Part shown: positions 16,594 to 25,336 of the stretch, one piece after another
Layout: each line of letters starts with the position of its first letter
How positions within the stretch are numbered: position 1 is the first letter of the stretch
Origin: a virus
IMG/VR virus record: IMGVR_UViG_3300038701_001470
Coordinates: 1,970 to 65,969 of that record
DNA: 64,000 nt
Reading direction: 5' to 3' (one strand)
Position numbers and translations under genes: made by a program
Notes under the pieces: model-generated
Database searches by the model: none
Told to the model about the DNA's origin: nothing
What the model saw: only the letters and a program-made list of their open reading frames with translations

Positions 16594-18290
16594 GTCAGAA
16601 ACCCGATACCAGCCTAAATTTCCTCGAACGTGTCGTCGGCACGGTAGCTCCCGGATGGGCGCTCAGTCACGCTATCGGAAGGGCTCAGCTGAATCACTTC
16701 GAGTCCCGCGGTGCGAACGACGGTAGGCTGCGAGGCGATTCGGGCGGGATGAACAAGAACGGATCCCCGGAGAGTCATCGCGCCAACAAGGATCGAATCA
16801 AGACGATGTGGGATGCCCGGGACATGGAGGATAACTCTCCTCTCATCGCCGGCATTCTCGAGCGAACCACGATGTACACCGTGGGAAACCTATCCTACAA
16901 ATCGAAGACGGGAGACGGCGCGGTGGATGACCACTACGAGAGGTTTTTCGGCGAGTGGGCAAAGAACTGCGATGTCACTGGCCGGTTCTCTCTTCGGGAA
17001 ATGATCTCGATCGCCTTTCGTTCGATGCTTCGCGATGGTGACTACGGAATCGCTTTCGTCGATGTCGGGAAAGGCATCAAGCTGCAGGGCATCGAAGCAG
17101 ACCGGATCGGTTCGCCGCTCGATAGCCGTCAGGATGAAAAGCATGTCGGCGGTCTCGATCTCGACGACTTCGGACAGGTCATCAACTATCAGATCTTCAA
17201 GCGTTCACGGACGAACCAGTACACGAAGGATCGGGATTGCTCTCCGAATCACTTCATCCACTTGAACAAAGTTACTCGCTCCGACCGGTATCGTTGCAAG
17301 TCATGGCTCGCCGCGGGACTCCCTCATGCTCGTGATTTGCATGAGATTTTCGGCTTCGAGAAGCAGGGCGCGAAGTTCGCTTCGATGTGGGCTGCGTTCA
17401 TCCGGGCGAAAGATCACACTGGCCGTGGAGGATGGGACACTGAGGACAAGAAGGGCCTCAAGATCAAGGAAGCCGTTCCCGGCCTGATCACTGAACTCGA
17501 GACAGACCAGAGCATCGAGTTTGCTCCCGGTGTTCAGCGTCCGTCAGGTGCCTTCATGAATCTCGTCGAATCCGTGATTCGCAATATCGCTATCGGCCTG
17601 AACCTCCCGTATGGCTTCGTCTACAACATGGCGGCATTCGGCGGTGTTACCGCTCGCCTTGAGACTCAGCAGGCACAGCGAGTGTTCGAGACTTGGCAGC
17701 GCCTCCTGATCGACAAGGTTCTCGATCGAATCCGCGATCAGGTCATCGGATGGGGAATCGCTACCCGTCAGATCCCTGCTCATCCAAACTGGAGAAAAGG
17801 CGACTGGAGATTCGGCGCGGCCATCACAGCCGACGTTCAGCATCAGACGTCTTCTGACATCATGCTCATCGACAAAGGACTCAAGACCCGCTCTCAGTGG
17901 TGTCAGGAGCATGGCCTCGACTTCGAGGAAGTTCAGGAAGAGTGCGCTCGCGAGATGAACATCATGCGTGACGTTTCCGCTCGGAACGAGATGCCGGTTG
18001 AATTGCTTCACGAGGGTAAGCCGAATGCGACTGAGATGCTGGCTGCTATGAGTGCTCGTGATGATCCCCCTCCAGAGCCAAAAGGGATGATTGAGGAGTA
18101 TGGGGCTCAAGGAATGAAACCACTTCTCGACGTTCTCGAACAGGTCGGAGATGGCTCCATGGACAGGGAAAGCGCAATCGCTACCCTCATGGATCTCTAC
18201 GGTATCGAGTATCACAAAGCGTCGATGATGGTTCCTCAAGAACCTCGTCTCACGCAGGGTTCAGTCGTGGGGCCTCCACTGATCGGGTAA
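16590..18290 (+). CDS. portal protein (lambda family)
   Basis: ARDMEDNSP, RDGD, LQGIEADRI, IHL...RSDRYR, YGFVYNMA, GLKTRSQ motifs; 566 aa. Confidence 0.92.
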   Translation: MSQKPDTSLNFLERVVGTVAPGWALSHAIGRAQLNHFESRGANDGRLRGDSGGMNKNGSPESHRANKDRIKTMWDARDMEDNSPLIAGILERTTMYTVGNLSYKSKTGDGAVDDHYERFFGEWAKNCDVTGRFSLREMISIAFRSMLRDGDYGIAFVDVGKGIKLQGIEADRIGSPLDSRQDEKHVGGLDLDDFGQVINYQIFKRSRTNQYTKDRDCSPNHFIHLNKVTRSDRYRCKSWLAAGLPHARDLHEIFGFEKQGAKFASMWAAFIRAKDHTGRGGWDTEDKKGLKIKEAVPGLITELETDQSIEFAPGVQRPSGAFMNLVESVIRNIAIGLNLPYGFVYNMAAFGGVTARLETQQAQRVFETWQRLLIDKVLDRIRDQVIGWGIATRQIPAHPNWRKGDWRFGAAITADVQHQTSSDIMLIDKGLKTRSQWCQEHGLDFEEVQEECAREMNIMRDVSARNEMPVELLHEGKPNATEMLAAMSARDDPPPEPKGMIEEYGAQGMKPLLDVLEQVGDGSMDRESAIATLMDLYGIEYHKASMMVPQEPRLTQGSVVGPPLIG

Positions 18291-18311
18291 TTGACAGAGG
18301 AAACATCACTG

Positions 18312-20774
18312 ATGAAGCCCGAGAAAAAACGTCTCAAGAAAATCCGCCGTGAAGCCAATGCAGGGGAATCGACCTCTCAGAAGGTGAAGAATTACAGCGT
18401 TGCCGGTGCTTCCGGTGCAGCTGGACTTGGCGCTGCCGTCGCGGGAGTTGCCGCGGCCCGGGCTGCAAAGAAGGTCGGAAAGACTGCCGAGTCAGTTGGT
18501 GAAGAGGCGAAGAAAACGCTCAAGAAGGTGAACAGTGTAGCCGGCGCACCGGGGCGAGCTGCGAACAAGGCGAAGAGTGTGGGTAAGGGGCTCATGAAAA
18601 AGATCGCCAAGACCGGTAAGCGAATCGTTCGTGCCGAGTCTCAGCTTCCACTGAACCACTTCAAGGCGTCCGAAGTTCGGAAGGGCGTGATGGTTGTCGA
18701 CGGCAATGCGATCAGCGTTCCAAAGCTGGAACTGCTTCTCAAGAAAAAGAAGGTCGAAAAGGTTCCCCTTAAAAAAGTGAAGGGTATCGGCCGTCAGAAG
18801 GGGTATTCCGCAGACCGGTTCGAGGGCGCTTCCAACGCTCTCGACAAGCCAGGCATCATCGGAACGGATGGAACTCTCATCGATGGAAGGCATCGCTCTC
18901 GCGGTCGGAAAGCCCGTGGAGACAAGGATGGCCTCTATCGCCGTGCCTCGAAGAAGGATCTCAAAGCTGCGATGATCACGCTCGCGAGAAAGTATCGTGA
19001 TGTGAACGAGTTCAATCTCGCGCCCGGGGTTTACCATGGCGATCGCGCCGTGAAGAAAGCCCCTATGTTTCGCCACGAATACGTCGCGGTTGTTCCAGAG
19101 GATGAAAAAGCCCTCCCGAAGAATGTTCGTCGCCAGCTCGTGAAAGTGGGGCCAAACGGTGAGAAGGCTCTCGTGTCCGGTGGATACAATCGCCGTGGTC
19201 GACTTCGCGCCAAGATCGGCGATCGAACCGATGTGAAGGCAATTCGCAAATCGATCGCCAAGGGGAAGGGCCCTGATCATGTTGCTACCGAGGGCGGAAA
19301 TGCCGCGGCCATCAAGACTGCCGAGGTGTCGAAGCGGTTCGGATCACGGAAGTATCCCGGCCTGATCGACAATGCTCGAGGAAAAGGGAAGAACTCGAAC
19401 TCCTATGCTCGAACCGTTCTGAAAGAGAATGGAGTCGTCAGGGATCCCAAGAAATCAAATCCCGGATCGAATCTCTACTTCGCCAAGAAGGATGAACCCA
19501 ACCGTCAGGAGAAAATCGCCACGGCCATCAGAAAGGTTGCACCCACAGTTCGCGGGGCGGCTTCCGGAGCTCTCGTCGGAGCGGCGGTAGGAAACGTGCC
19601 AGGTGCTATCGCCGGTGGAACGGCCGGGGCGCTCGCTCAGAACAAAATGGCGAAAGTTGCACGCAAACAAGAGCGTGAAAGAAAGCCTCTCAGTGCCATG
19701 GCTACCGTGGCAGCGGTTCCCGCGGGAGCGGCTGCAATCGCAGCTGGCATCAAAAACCGAAAGAAAATCATGAAGAAAGCGAAACCATTTCTCAAGAAAT
19801 TGAAGCACTTTGAATCGAAACTCGATGACTGTCTCGAGTTCTCGAAAAAGGATCAGTTCAAGCGAGGGCCTGACACTGATCGTCCGGGCGAATTCCTCAA
19901 TACTGTGAAGGTCATCGCCGGCGCTGAAAAGCCTTTCGTCTCCAATCCGAATCACGTGAAAGGCTCCGTTGATCCTTCAACGGCTTCCGCTCTGATTCCC
20001 TACGACGGGCCAATCGGTGCCAGTTCCCAGGCATGGAAGGGTGCGTATCGTACCGCCAAGAAAGGGAACCAGATCGCTCAAAGGACTGGCCGCGTAGCTC
20101 GTGATGTCGGCGATGTGGTGACCGGCAAGGGTCGGAGAAAGGATTCCGCGGGACGTCCGAAAAAGCGTGAGTGGGAGAAGCCATACTTCCGGAACACCGT
20201 CGCGGCGGGAGCGGGAGCGGCGGGACTCATGCTTGGCGGAAAGGCCCTTCGTGAGAATCCTGCCATCCTCTCGAAAGTTTCCGATACCACCGGCCCGCTG
20301 GCTGAGAGTCTTCTCAAGAAGACAAAGAACATCGGCGCCTCATACTTCGAGGAAGATTTGGATCTTCGCCCGGGCATGATCGAGTTCACCGAAAGCGTTT
20401 CCGTTCGAGACAACAAGGGTCGCCAGGTGTTTCGCGTGGAAGATGCTCGAGGAAACTCCGCTCGCATCCATCAGGGCGATAAGCCCAAGCGAGTTCGCCG
20501 TAAGAAGAAGTGGCATGAGAAGGCTCAGAACGAGCGGAAACTCTGGAAGGGCGCGGCTCTCGGAGCTGCCGTTGCTGGTGTCGCAGCCGGGGCAAAGGGC
20601 AAAACCATTGCCAAAGGAGCGAAGAAAGTCGTGAAGCGTGTCGCAGCGAAAGCCGGATCAACCAAGGTGGGTTCAGCTCTCGGTAAGGAAGTGGCAAAGC
20701 GCGGGGCCGCGAAGAAGATCAATCGGCAGGCGAAGAAGATCATGAAATCTCGCGCTGGCATCGGAGCCAACTAA
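18312..20774 (+). CDS. large basic internal virion (poly)protein with Gly/Ala zippers and a ParB/Srx-like module
   Basis: Start moved to ATG 18312; Lys/Arg-rich; repeated GAxxG hydrophobic stretches; GIIGTDGTLIDGRHR; located between portal and protease. Confidence 0.6.
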   Translation: MKPEKKRLKKIRREANAGESTSQKVKNYSVAGASGAAGLGAAVAGVAAARAAKKVGKTAESVGEEAKKTLKKVNSVAGAPGRAANKAKSVGKGLMKKIAKTGKRIVRAESQLPLNHFKASEVRKGVMVVDGNAISVPKLELLLKKKKVEKVPLKKVKGIGRQKGYSADRFEGASNALDKPGIIGTDGTLIDGRHRSRGRKARGDKDGLYRRASKKDLKAAMITLARKYRDVNEFNLAPGVYHGDRAVKKAPMFRHEYVAVVPEDEKALPKNVRRQLVKVGPNGEKALVSGGYNRRGRLRAKIGDRTDVKAIRKSIAKGKGPDHVATEGGNAAAIKTAEVSKRFGSRKYPGLIDNARGKGKNSNSYARTVLKENGVVRDPKKSNPGSNLYFAKKDEPNRQEKIATAIRKVAPTVRGAASGALVGAAVGNVPGAIAGGTAGALAQNKMAKVARKQERERKPLSAMATVAAVPAGAAAIAAGIKNRKKIMKKAKPFLKKLKHFESKLDDCLEFSKKDQFKRGPDTDRPGEFLNTVKVIAGAEKPFVSNPNHVKGSVDPSTASALIPYDGPIGASSQAWKGAYRTAKKGNQIAQRTGRVARDVGDVVTGKGRRKDSAGRPKKREWEKPYFRNTVAAGAGAAGLMLGGKALRENPAILSKVSDTTGPLAESLLKKTKNIGASYFEEDLDLRPGMIEFTESVSVRDNKGRQVFRVEDARGNSARIHQGDKPKRVRRKKKWHEKAQNERKLWKGAALGAAVAGVAAGAKGKTIAKGAKKVVKRVAAKAGSTKVGSALGKEVAKRGAAKKINRQAKKIMKSRAGIGAN

Positions 20775-20795
20775 GTTGACAGATCCTTTTTGATT

Positions 20796-21179
20796 ATGGA
20801 AAACGAACTTATCGCACTCGAAGCCAAGCTTGATTCGCACCTCTTCGAGTCAACTCCCGAAGACAAGAAGAAGCGGCTCAAAAAAGCCGGTGCGATCGCA
20901 GCTGGCGCGGGTAGCGTTGCTCTCGCCGGGGCTGCACTCGCGGGTGGACGTCGGATCAAGCGTGCTGGCGGCTTCAAGAAGGTTGTCAAAAAGGGTGCCG
21001 AGGCGGTTGCAGATCGCGTCAAAAAGCAGCCTGACAACACTTGGAAGGCAGCGGGAGAGCAAAAGCTCAAGAAGAAAATCGCCAAGAAATATGGCGTTGA
21101 GATGAGCGCCGTCCCAGGCCAGCTCATTGAGCTTTCTTCAAAGCTTGATTCCGTTCTCGAAACTGCAGACTCCGAGTAA
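20796..21179 (+). CDS. small basic internal virion protein
   Basis: ATG 20796 (TTGACA-N14); acidic ALEAKLDSHLF and IELSSKLD linkers flank a basic Gly/Ala-rich core. Confidence 0.65.
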   Translation: MENELIALEAKLDSHLFESTPEDKKKRLKKAGAIAAGAGSVALAGAALAGGRRIKRAGGFKKVVKKGAEAVADRVKKQPDNTWKAAGEQKLKKKIAKKYGVEMSAVPGQLIELSSKLDSVLETADSE

Positions 21180-21187
21180 TCGAGCGC

Positions 21188-22021
21188 ATGATCGAACCTG
21201 AAATCACCGAACTGAGCGCGAAGCTTGATGGGGCTCTCCATGAGTTCGACAAGCTCGATCTCGGATACACCTACGCCGACGAGGATAATGATTTCCCCGT
21301 GTGCGGTAGCAATGACAACTACCGGACGAAGAAGCGGTATCCGACTGCCTACATCAGTCGTGTTTCAGATGATCCGAAGGACTTCCCGGAGACGGGCAAG
21401 GCGATCATCGAATACAAGGTGACTGAGAAGAGAACTCGTTCCTCTTCCAAATCAGGAAAGACAAAGGCACGTCACTCCATGGACATCGAGATTCACTCGA
21501 TCGAGCCCGTGAAGAAGAACGACAAGACCAAGACTTCCGATCCGGTTTCCAAGCTGAAAGGATCCGCTGAACCAGTTTCGGAGCTTTCCGACATTCGCCC
21601 AGGGATGATTGAGTTCATTTCTCTTCCGGACAAAGTAGCCAAGGCTGCAGTGAAGAAAGTTCGGAAAGTCCCGTTGAAGAAGATCGCAGCTATTTCAGGT
21701 GCTACCGCGGCGGGAACGATCGCTGGAGGCGCTATCATCCGGAGACGGAAGAAAAAGAAGGATCAGGCCGTTGAACTCGAGTCCCTTCGTCCGGGCATGA
21801 TTGAGTTCTCGGATCCCCGTCCTCGAAACCCTCAAGGTCAGTTCGCCGATGTTTCCACTGGCGGTGCAAACCCCCAGGCAATGAAGGCCGCGTATGGTCA
21901 GAAGCCGGGAGTCGCCATGGTCGGAGGGCAGGCCGGAATGGGACAACCTCTCATTCCTCGCAAGAAAGTCGTTCGTTCCGGGATTCAGCCCGTGACAAAA
22001 GCGCATCAGTCGGTAGTATAA
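21188..22021 (+). CDS. internal virion (poly)protein
   Basis: ELSAKLDGALHEF and two RPGMIEF linkers; PRPRNPQGQF motif. Confidence 0.65.
   Translation: MIEPEITELSAKLDGALHEFDKLDLGYTYADEDNDFPVCGSNDNYRTKKRYPTAYISRVSDDPKDFPETGKAIIEYKVTEKRTRSSSKSGKTKARHSMDIEIHSIEPVKKNDKTKTSDPVSKLKGSAEPVSELSDIRPGMIEFISLPDKVAKAAVKKVRKVPLKKIAAISGATAAGTIAGGAIIRRRKKKKDQAVELESLRPGMIEFSDPRPRNPQGQFADVSTGGANPQAMKAAYGQKPGVAMVGGQAGMGQPLIPRKKVVRSGIQPVTKAHQSVV
21992..22019 (+). promoter_or_regulatory. sigma70-like promoter for the tRNA-like RNA
   Basis: GTGACA (21992-21997), 16-nt spacer, TAGTAT (22014-22019); predicted start falls at G1 (22026) of the cloverleaf. Confidence 0.45.
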
Positions 22022-22025
22022 ATCG

Positions 22026-22179
22026 GCTCTCGTAGTGTAACGGCTACCAGGAAGTCGGTGAATGGTTTAGCGGCCCACACTGACGACACGCGGAAAGAGG
22101 CGACTGAATCGCGATAGGAAACCTCTTTGCACGCTCTTTGAATAAAAGGGAAGTCCCGGTTCGAGTCCGGGCGGGGGCA
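22026..22179 (+). tRNA. tRNA-like RNA with 82-nt structured insertion in the D-loop; non-canonical anticodon loop; no encoded CCA
   Basis: Acceptor GCTCTCG/CGGGGGC; D-stem GTGT/GCAC; anticodon stem CTCTT/AAGGG with loop TGAATAA; T-arm CCCGG-TTCGAGT-CCGGG; discriminator A then CTA; insert 22047-22128. Confidence 0.8.
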
Positions 22180-22218
22180 CTATTCATCCCTTCGATGATT
22201 GACATGCTCTGATCGGGC

Positions 22219-23475
22219 ATGAAAAGAGCCAAGAAGCCTCCCGTATATCACTTTGAAGTTGTAGCCCCTCTCAGCGATGCCGCTGTCGATTCCGAGAACG
22301 GAGTCATCAAAGGAGTTTCCATTATCACCTGTGGCGTTGAAGCCAGAGGGCACGATCTCGAAGTCGACGACACAACCGTTTCTCAGATGTTCCTTTGCGC
22401 GAATGGCATGGGGCAAGTTCCGGTGAAGTGGAACCACAAGAGCGGTGCCGACGCCATCAACGGTTACCTCTCCAACTTCTCTGTCGAGGGGAACAAGCTC
22501 AAGGGAGACTGGCATCTCCTCAAGACTCACGCTCAATACGATCAGGCGATCGAGCTTGCTGAGCGTATGCCGAAAAACTTCGGACTGTCCGCAGCATTCG
22601 CCGGACAGGGTGAGAAGAAGGGTGGAAAAACCAAAGCGAGGTGCACCGAACTTATTTCGGTCGATCTCGTCGCTAACCCTGCAGCGAATCCCGATGGACT
22701 GTTTGAAGCAGTTGACACTTCCGGAGATGGCATGGATCAAGAACCCACACTCGCCGATGTCCTCGCAGCTGTTCAGCAGGTGCAGAGCGATCAAGCTGCC
22801 ATCACTGAGCGTCTCGACGCCGCTGAGCAGTTCCAGAATGATCTCATTGATCAGTTCGCCGACGAAGGCGAGGGCAATGAGGAAATCGAAGACGGAGTCG
22901 AATATGAGTATATCGACGAAGCTGGAAATCCTGTTCAGGTGGGAACCGCAGTCAATGGCGGTGCACCGAACGACATCGCAAGTGCCCCAGGCACCCTTAC
23001 CGGAACTCCCGGCGCTCCCGCTGGCGCTCCTGCCATGGCCGGTGCAGCCGCTACTTCCGAGCTCGCCGCTCTTCGCCAAACGGTGACTTACCTCGCCGAG
23101 AAGGACATCGCCGAGACTGAGGCAGCTGAAAAGGCTGAGCGTGAACACGCTTTCGCAGTCGTTGATCAGAAGATCGACAAACTCGTTGAGTTCAATACGA
23201 AGCTCAAAGCCGAGAACGAGGCTCTGGTCACTGCCCTGCAGACTGCCGGTGCTTCCGCAGCTCATCTTTCCGCACCGGCTCGCGGGCCGGTTACTCATCT
23301 TTCAGCCCACGACGGCGAGCCAGCCGACGAGTGGGAAGAGCTCGTTCACGAGTTCCAGTCTCAGGACAAGGATATGCCTCCAACCAAGGCGATTCAGCTT
23401 GCGATTCAGCAGCGTCCGGATCTCTACCAGACGCACCTTGGCCGAATCGGTGTCGTGAACCAAATGGGCTCGTAA
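22219..23475 (+). CDS. prohead protease fused to scaffolding domain
   Basis: VKWNH (His), GLSA (Ser), SVDLVANPAA motifs of HK97/Mu-type proteases in the first 170 aa; acidic helical C-terminal half. Confidence 0.85.
   Translation: MKRAKKPPVYHFEVVAPLSDAAVDSENGVIKGVSIITCGVEARGHDLEVDDTTVSQMFLCANGMGQVPVKWNHKSGADAINGYLSNFSVEGNKLKGDWHLLKTHAQYDQAIELAERMPKNFGLSAAFAGQGEKKGGKTKARCTELISVDLVANPAANPDGLFEAVDTSGDGMDQEPTLADVLAAVQQVQSDQAAITERLDAAEQFQNDLIDQFADEGEGNEEIEDGVEYEYIDEAGNPVQVGTAVNGGAPNDIASAPGTLTGTPGAPAGAPAMAGAAATSELAALRQTVTYLAEKDIAETEAAEKAEREHAFAVVDQKIDKLVEFNTKLKAENEALVTALQTAGASAAHLSAPARGPVTHLSAHDGEPADEWEELVHEFQSQDKDMPPTKAIQLAIQQRPDLYQTHLGRIGVVNQMGS
22732..23475 (+). CDS. putative nested in-frame scaffolding protein
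   Basis: In-frame ATG (codon 172) preceded by TTGACA-N14, the same signature as free-standing late genes; lambda C/Nu3-like arrangement. Confidence 0.55.
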   Translation: MDQEPTLADVLAAVQQVQSDQAAITERLDAAEQFQNDLIDQFADEGEGNEEIEDGVEYEYIDEAGNPVQVGTAVNGGAPNDIASAPGTLTGTPGAPAGAPAMAGAAATSELAALRQTVTYLAEKDIAETEAAEKAEREHAFAVVDQKIDKLVEFNTKLKAENEALVTALQTAGASAAHLSAPARGPVTHLSAHDGEPADEWEELVHEFQSQDKDMPPTKAIQLAIQQRPDLYQTHLGRIGVVNQMGS

Positions 23476-23540
23476 GCCTTCAACCCCCTCAATTCTCAAT
23501 CGTTTTTTCTCTCTCATTTTGAACTGAACTTCTTTCCACC

Positions 23541-23888
23541 ATGAATAAAAATTGCGTCATTTCCCTTCCTATCGCCGAGGATACCAAGATCGCCGCGTTC
23601 ACTCGGGTCAAGCTCGATGAGAACGGCCAGGTAGTCGTGGCAGACGCCGGCGACAAGGCCATCGGCCACACCGAACTCGATGTGGATGGGTCAAATGGCA
23701 GACCGGTTTGCGATGTGTATCGCACCAATGGGGGAGGATCGCACTACGCGATTGCTTCCGAAGCATTCACTCCCGGACAGGAGTTCGAGGGTGCCGATGA
23801 CGGTGAGATTGCCGTTCTGGATGCCGGAACAGCTGAGGGCCAAGCTCTCGAAGCTGGAGACGGAACCATCCGAGTTCTCTACTACTAA
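23541..23888 (+). CDS. head decoration/cement protein (DUF2190-like)
   Basis: 115 aa between scaffold and major capsid; paralogue of 26048..26446. Confidence 0.7.
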   Translation: MNKNCVISLPIAEDTKIAAFTRVKLDENGQVVVADAGDKAIGHTELDVDGSNGRPVCDVYRTNGGGSHYAIASEAFTPGQEFEGADDGEIAVLDAGTAEGQALEAGDGTIRVLYY

Positions 23889-23952
23889 GAAATCGCCTTC
23901 TCTCACGAACCATTTCCCTAACCCAATTTTTTTCATCCAACTGTAATCAGCC

Positions 23953-24912
23953 ATGTATGCTAACTCCGCAGCCGTAAGCCGGCCCGAAATCTCCACCTTT
24001 CTTGAGGAGGCGACCAAGGCAGAAGACTTCTACATCGCGCAGAAGATCATGCCCGTCTTCACCTCGAAATCGAGGGCTGGACGATACCCGCGTCTCAAAA
24101 TCGAGAACGGTGAACTCATGAAAGCCCAGTCGACCCTTCGTGGCCCTTCTGGTACCTACAATGAGGTCGCACGTAAGTTCGATTGGGAGACCTACGACTG
24201 TGAAGATCGCGGTCTCGAAGAGCGCATCGACGATGTGAATGCTCGTGAGATGCAGAACTTCTTCGACACCGAAGTTGTGACTGCCAAGCTGGTTCGCCGG
24301 TCGGTTGTTCTCGACTACGAGAAGCGTGTCGCCGATCAGATCATGAATCCTGATTCGTTCAATGCAGTCGCATCCCACGTTGGATACACTGAGGCGAATC
24401 TCGCTACGATCGACTTTGCCCGGGATCTTCTCGATGCAGTTGAGCGTCTTGAGCAGCGTGCTCAAATGGCGAACACCATGATTCTCACCCGTGCGGTGTT
24501 CAACCTGCTTCGTCGCTCCAAGCTTCTGCAGACCTACCTCTTCGGTAATCTCGGAGCTGGAACCGAGCATCGTCTGATCAACCCAACGGACATCGGAAAT
24601 GCTTTCGGCATCAAAGACGTCCGGATCGCGGCTGCGACCTACGACCGCGCTCAAAAGGGCAAGCCGAAAGAACTCGTTCCGGTTTGGAAGAACGATTACA
24701 TCTTCCTTGGCAATGTTCAGGGCGGTGACTTCGAGAACGGCGGTATCGGTCGGACGATCGTTTGGGACTCCGATTCTCCCGGTGGACTCTTTGCGACCGA
24801 AACCTATCGCGACGAGAAGCGCCGCGGTAACATGGTTCGAGTCCGCATGAACACCGACGAGAAGATCGTCGACGAGACTGCCGGTGAGCTGATCACCACT
24901 CAGTTCGAGTAG
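23953..24912 (+). CDS. major capsid protein (lambda gpE-like)
   Basis: 319 aa; IAQKIMPVF, YDCEDRGLEERIDD, LDYEKRVA; position followed by strong terminator. Confidence 0.88.
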   Translation: MYANSAAVSRPEISTFLEEATKAEDFYIAQKIMPVFTSKSRAGRYPRLKIENGELMKAQSTLRGPSGTYNEVARKFDWETYDCEDRGLEERIDDVNAREMQNFFDTEVVTAKLVRRSVVLDYEKRVADQIMNPDSFNAVASHVGYTEANLATIDFARDLLDAVERLEQRAQMANTMILTRAVFNLLRRSKLLQTYLFGNLGAGTEHRLINPTDIGNAFGIKDVRIAAATYDRAQKGKPKELVPVWKNDYIFLGNVQGGDFENGGIGRTIVWDSDSPGGLFATETYRDEKRRGNMVRVRMNTDEKIVDETAGELITTQFE

Positions 24913-24956
24913 AACTTTCTCGGAGACCTTTTTACGGGGGTTTTTGGGTTTCTGAT

Positions 24957-24987
24957 AAAGGGGCGGGTCGAAAGACTCGCCCCTTTT
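24957..24987 (+). terminator. intrinsic terminator after major capsid gene
   Basis: GGGGCGGGTC-GAAA-GACTCGCCCC followed by TTTT. Confidence 0.85.
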
Positions 24988-25009
24988 GTTTGACACTGAT
25001 CGTCTCTGC

Positions 25010-25336
25010 ATGAGCAGTTTCCACGACGCGATGGTCGAAGCCTATTCCGAGATGGAAGATCAGGCCGGTGAAGAGGTTTTCATCGACGGCCAGCCAGCAA
25101 CCGGCATTGTCGACGAAAGCACGTTCTCGATCGGTAACCATCCTGGGGGCGCAAGGCAGAGTGCCATTCAGATGCAGGTTCATATCTCCATCGCGGAATT
25201 CCAGCGAGTAGGGGGAAGAGATGGGTCGAAGGTCGAAGTCCCAAGCCGAAAGCTCAAAGGCCGGGTATCCAGCATTGAAGGATACACAGCCGGCCACTAC
25301 ACTCTTCTGATTGGAAGCCCCAACGCGAGAACATGA
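25010..25336 (+). CDS. head-tail joining protein (gpFII-like position)
   Basis: Start moved to ATG 25010 (TTGACA-N14); beta-rich small protein after capsid gene. Confidence 0.55.
   Translation: MSSFHDAMVEAYSEMEDQAGEEVFIDGQPATGIVDESTFSIGNHPGGARQSAIQMQVHISIAEFQRVGGRDGSKVEVPSRKLKGRVSSIEGYTAGHYTLLIGSPNART

Noticed and set aside
22078-22132. Hammerhead-like core (CTGACGA...GAAA) inside the tRNA insertion
   Set aside because: Stem II would be a single base pair, stem I only 2 bp, and CTGAC is better explained as part of the GTCGGTG/CACTGAC helix. It is not called, though a self-cleavage test is cheap.
22026-22179. tmRNA, group I intron or Y RNA interpretation
   Set aside because: Too short for tmRNA or a group I intron; no G3:U70 pair, no tag ORF and no P7 core; the topology is an unpermuted cloverleaf.
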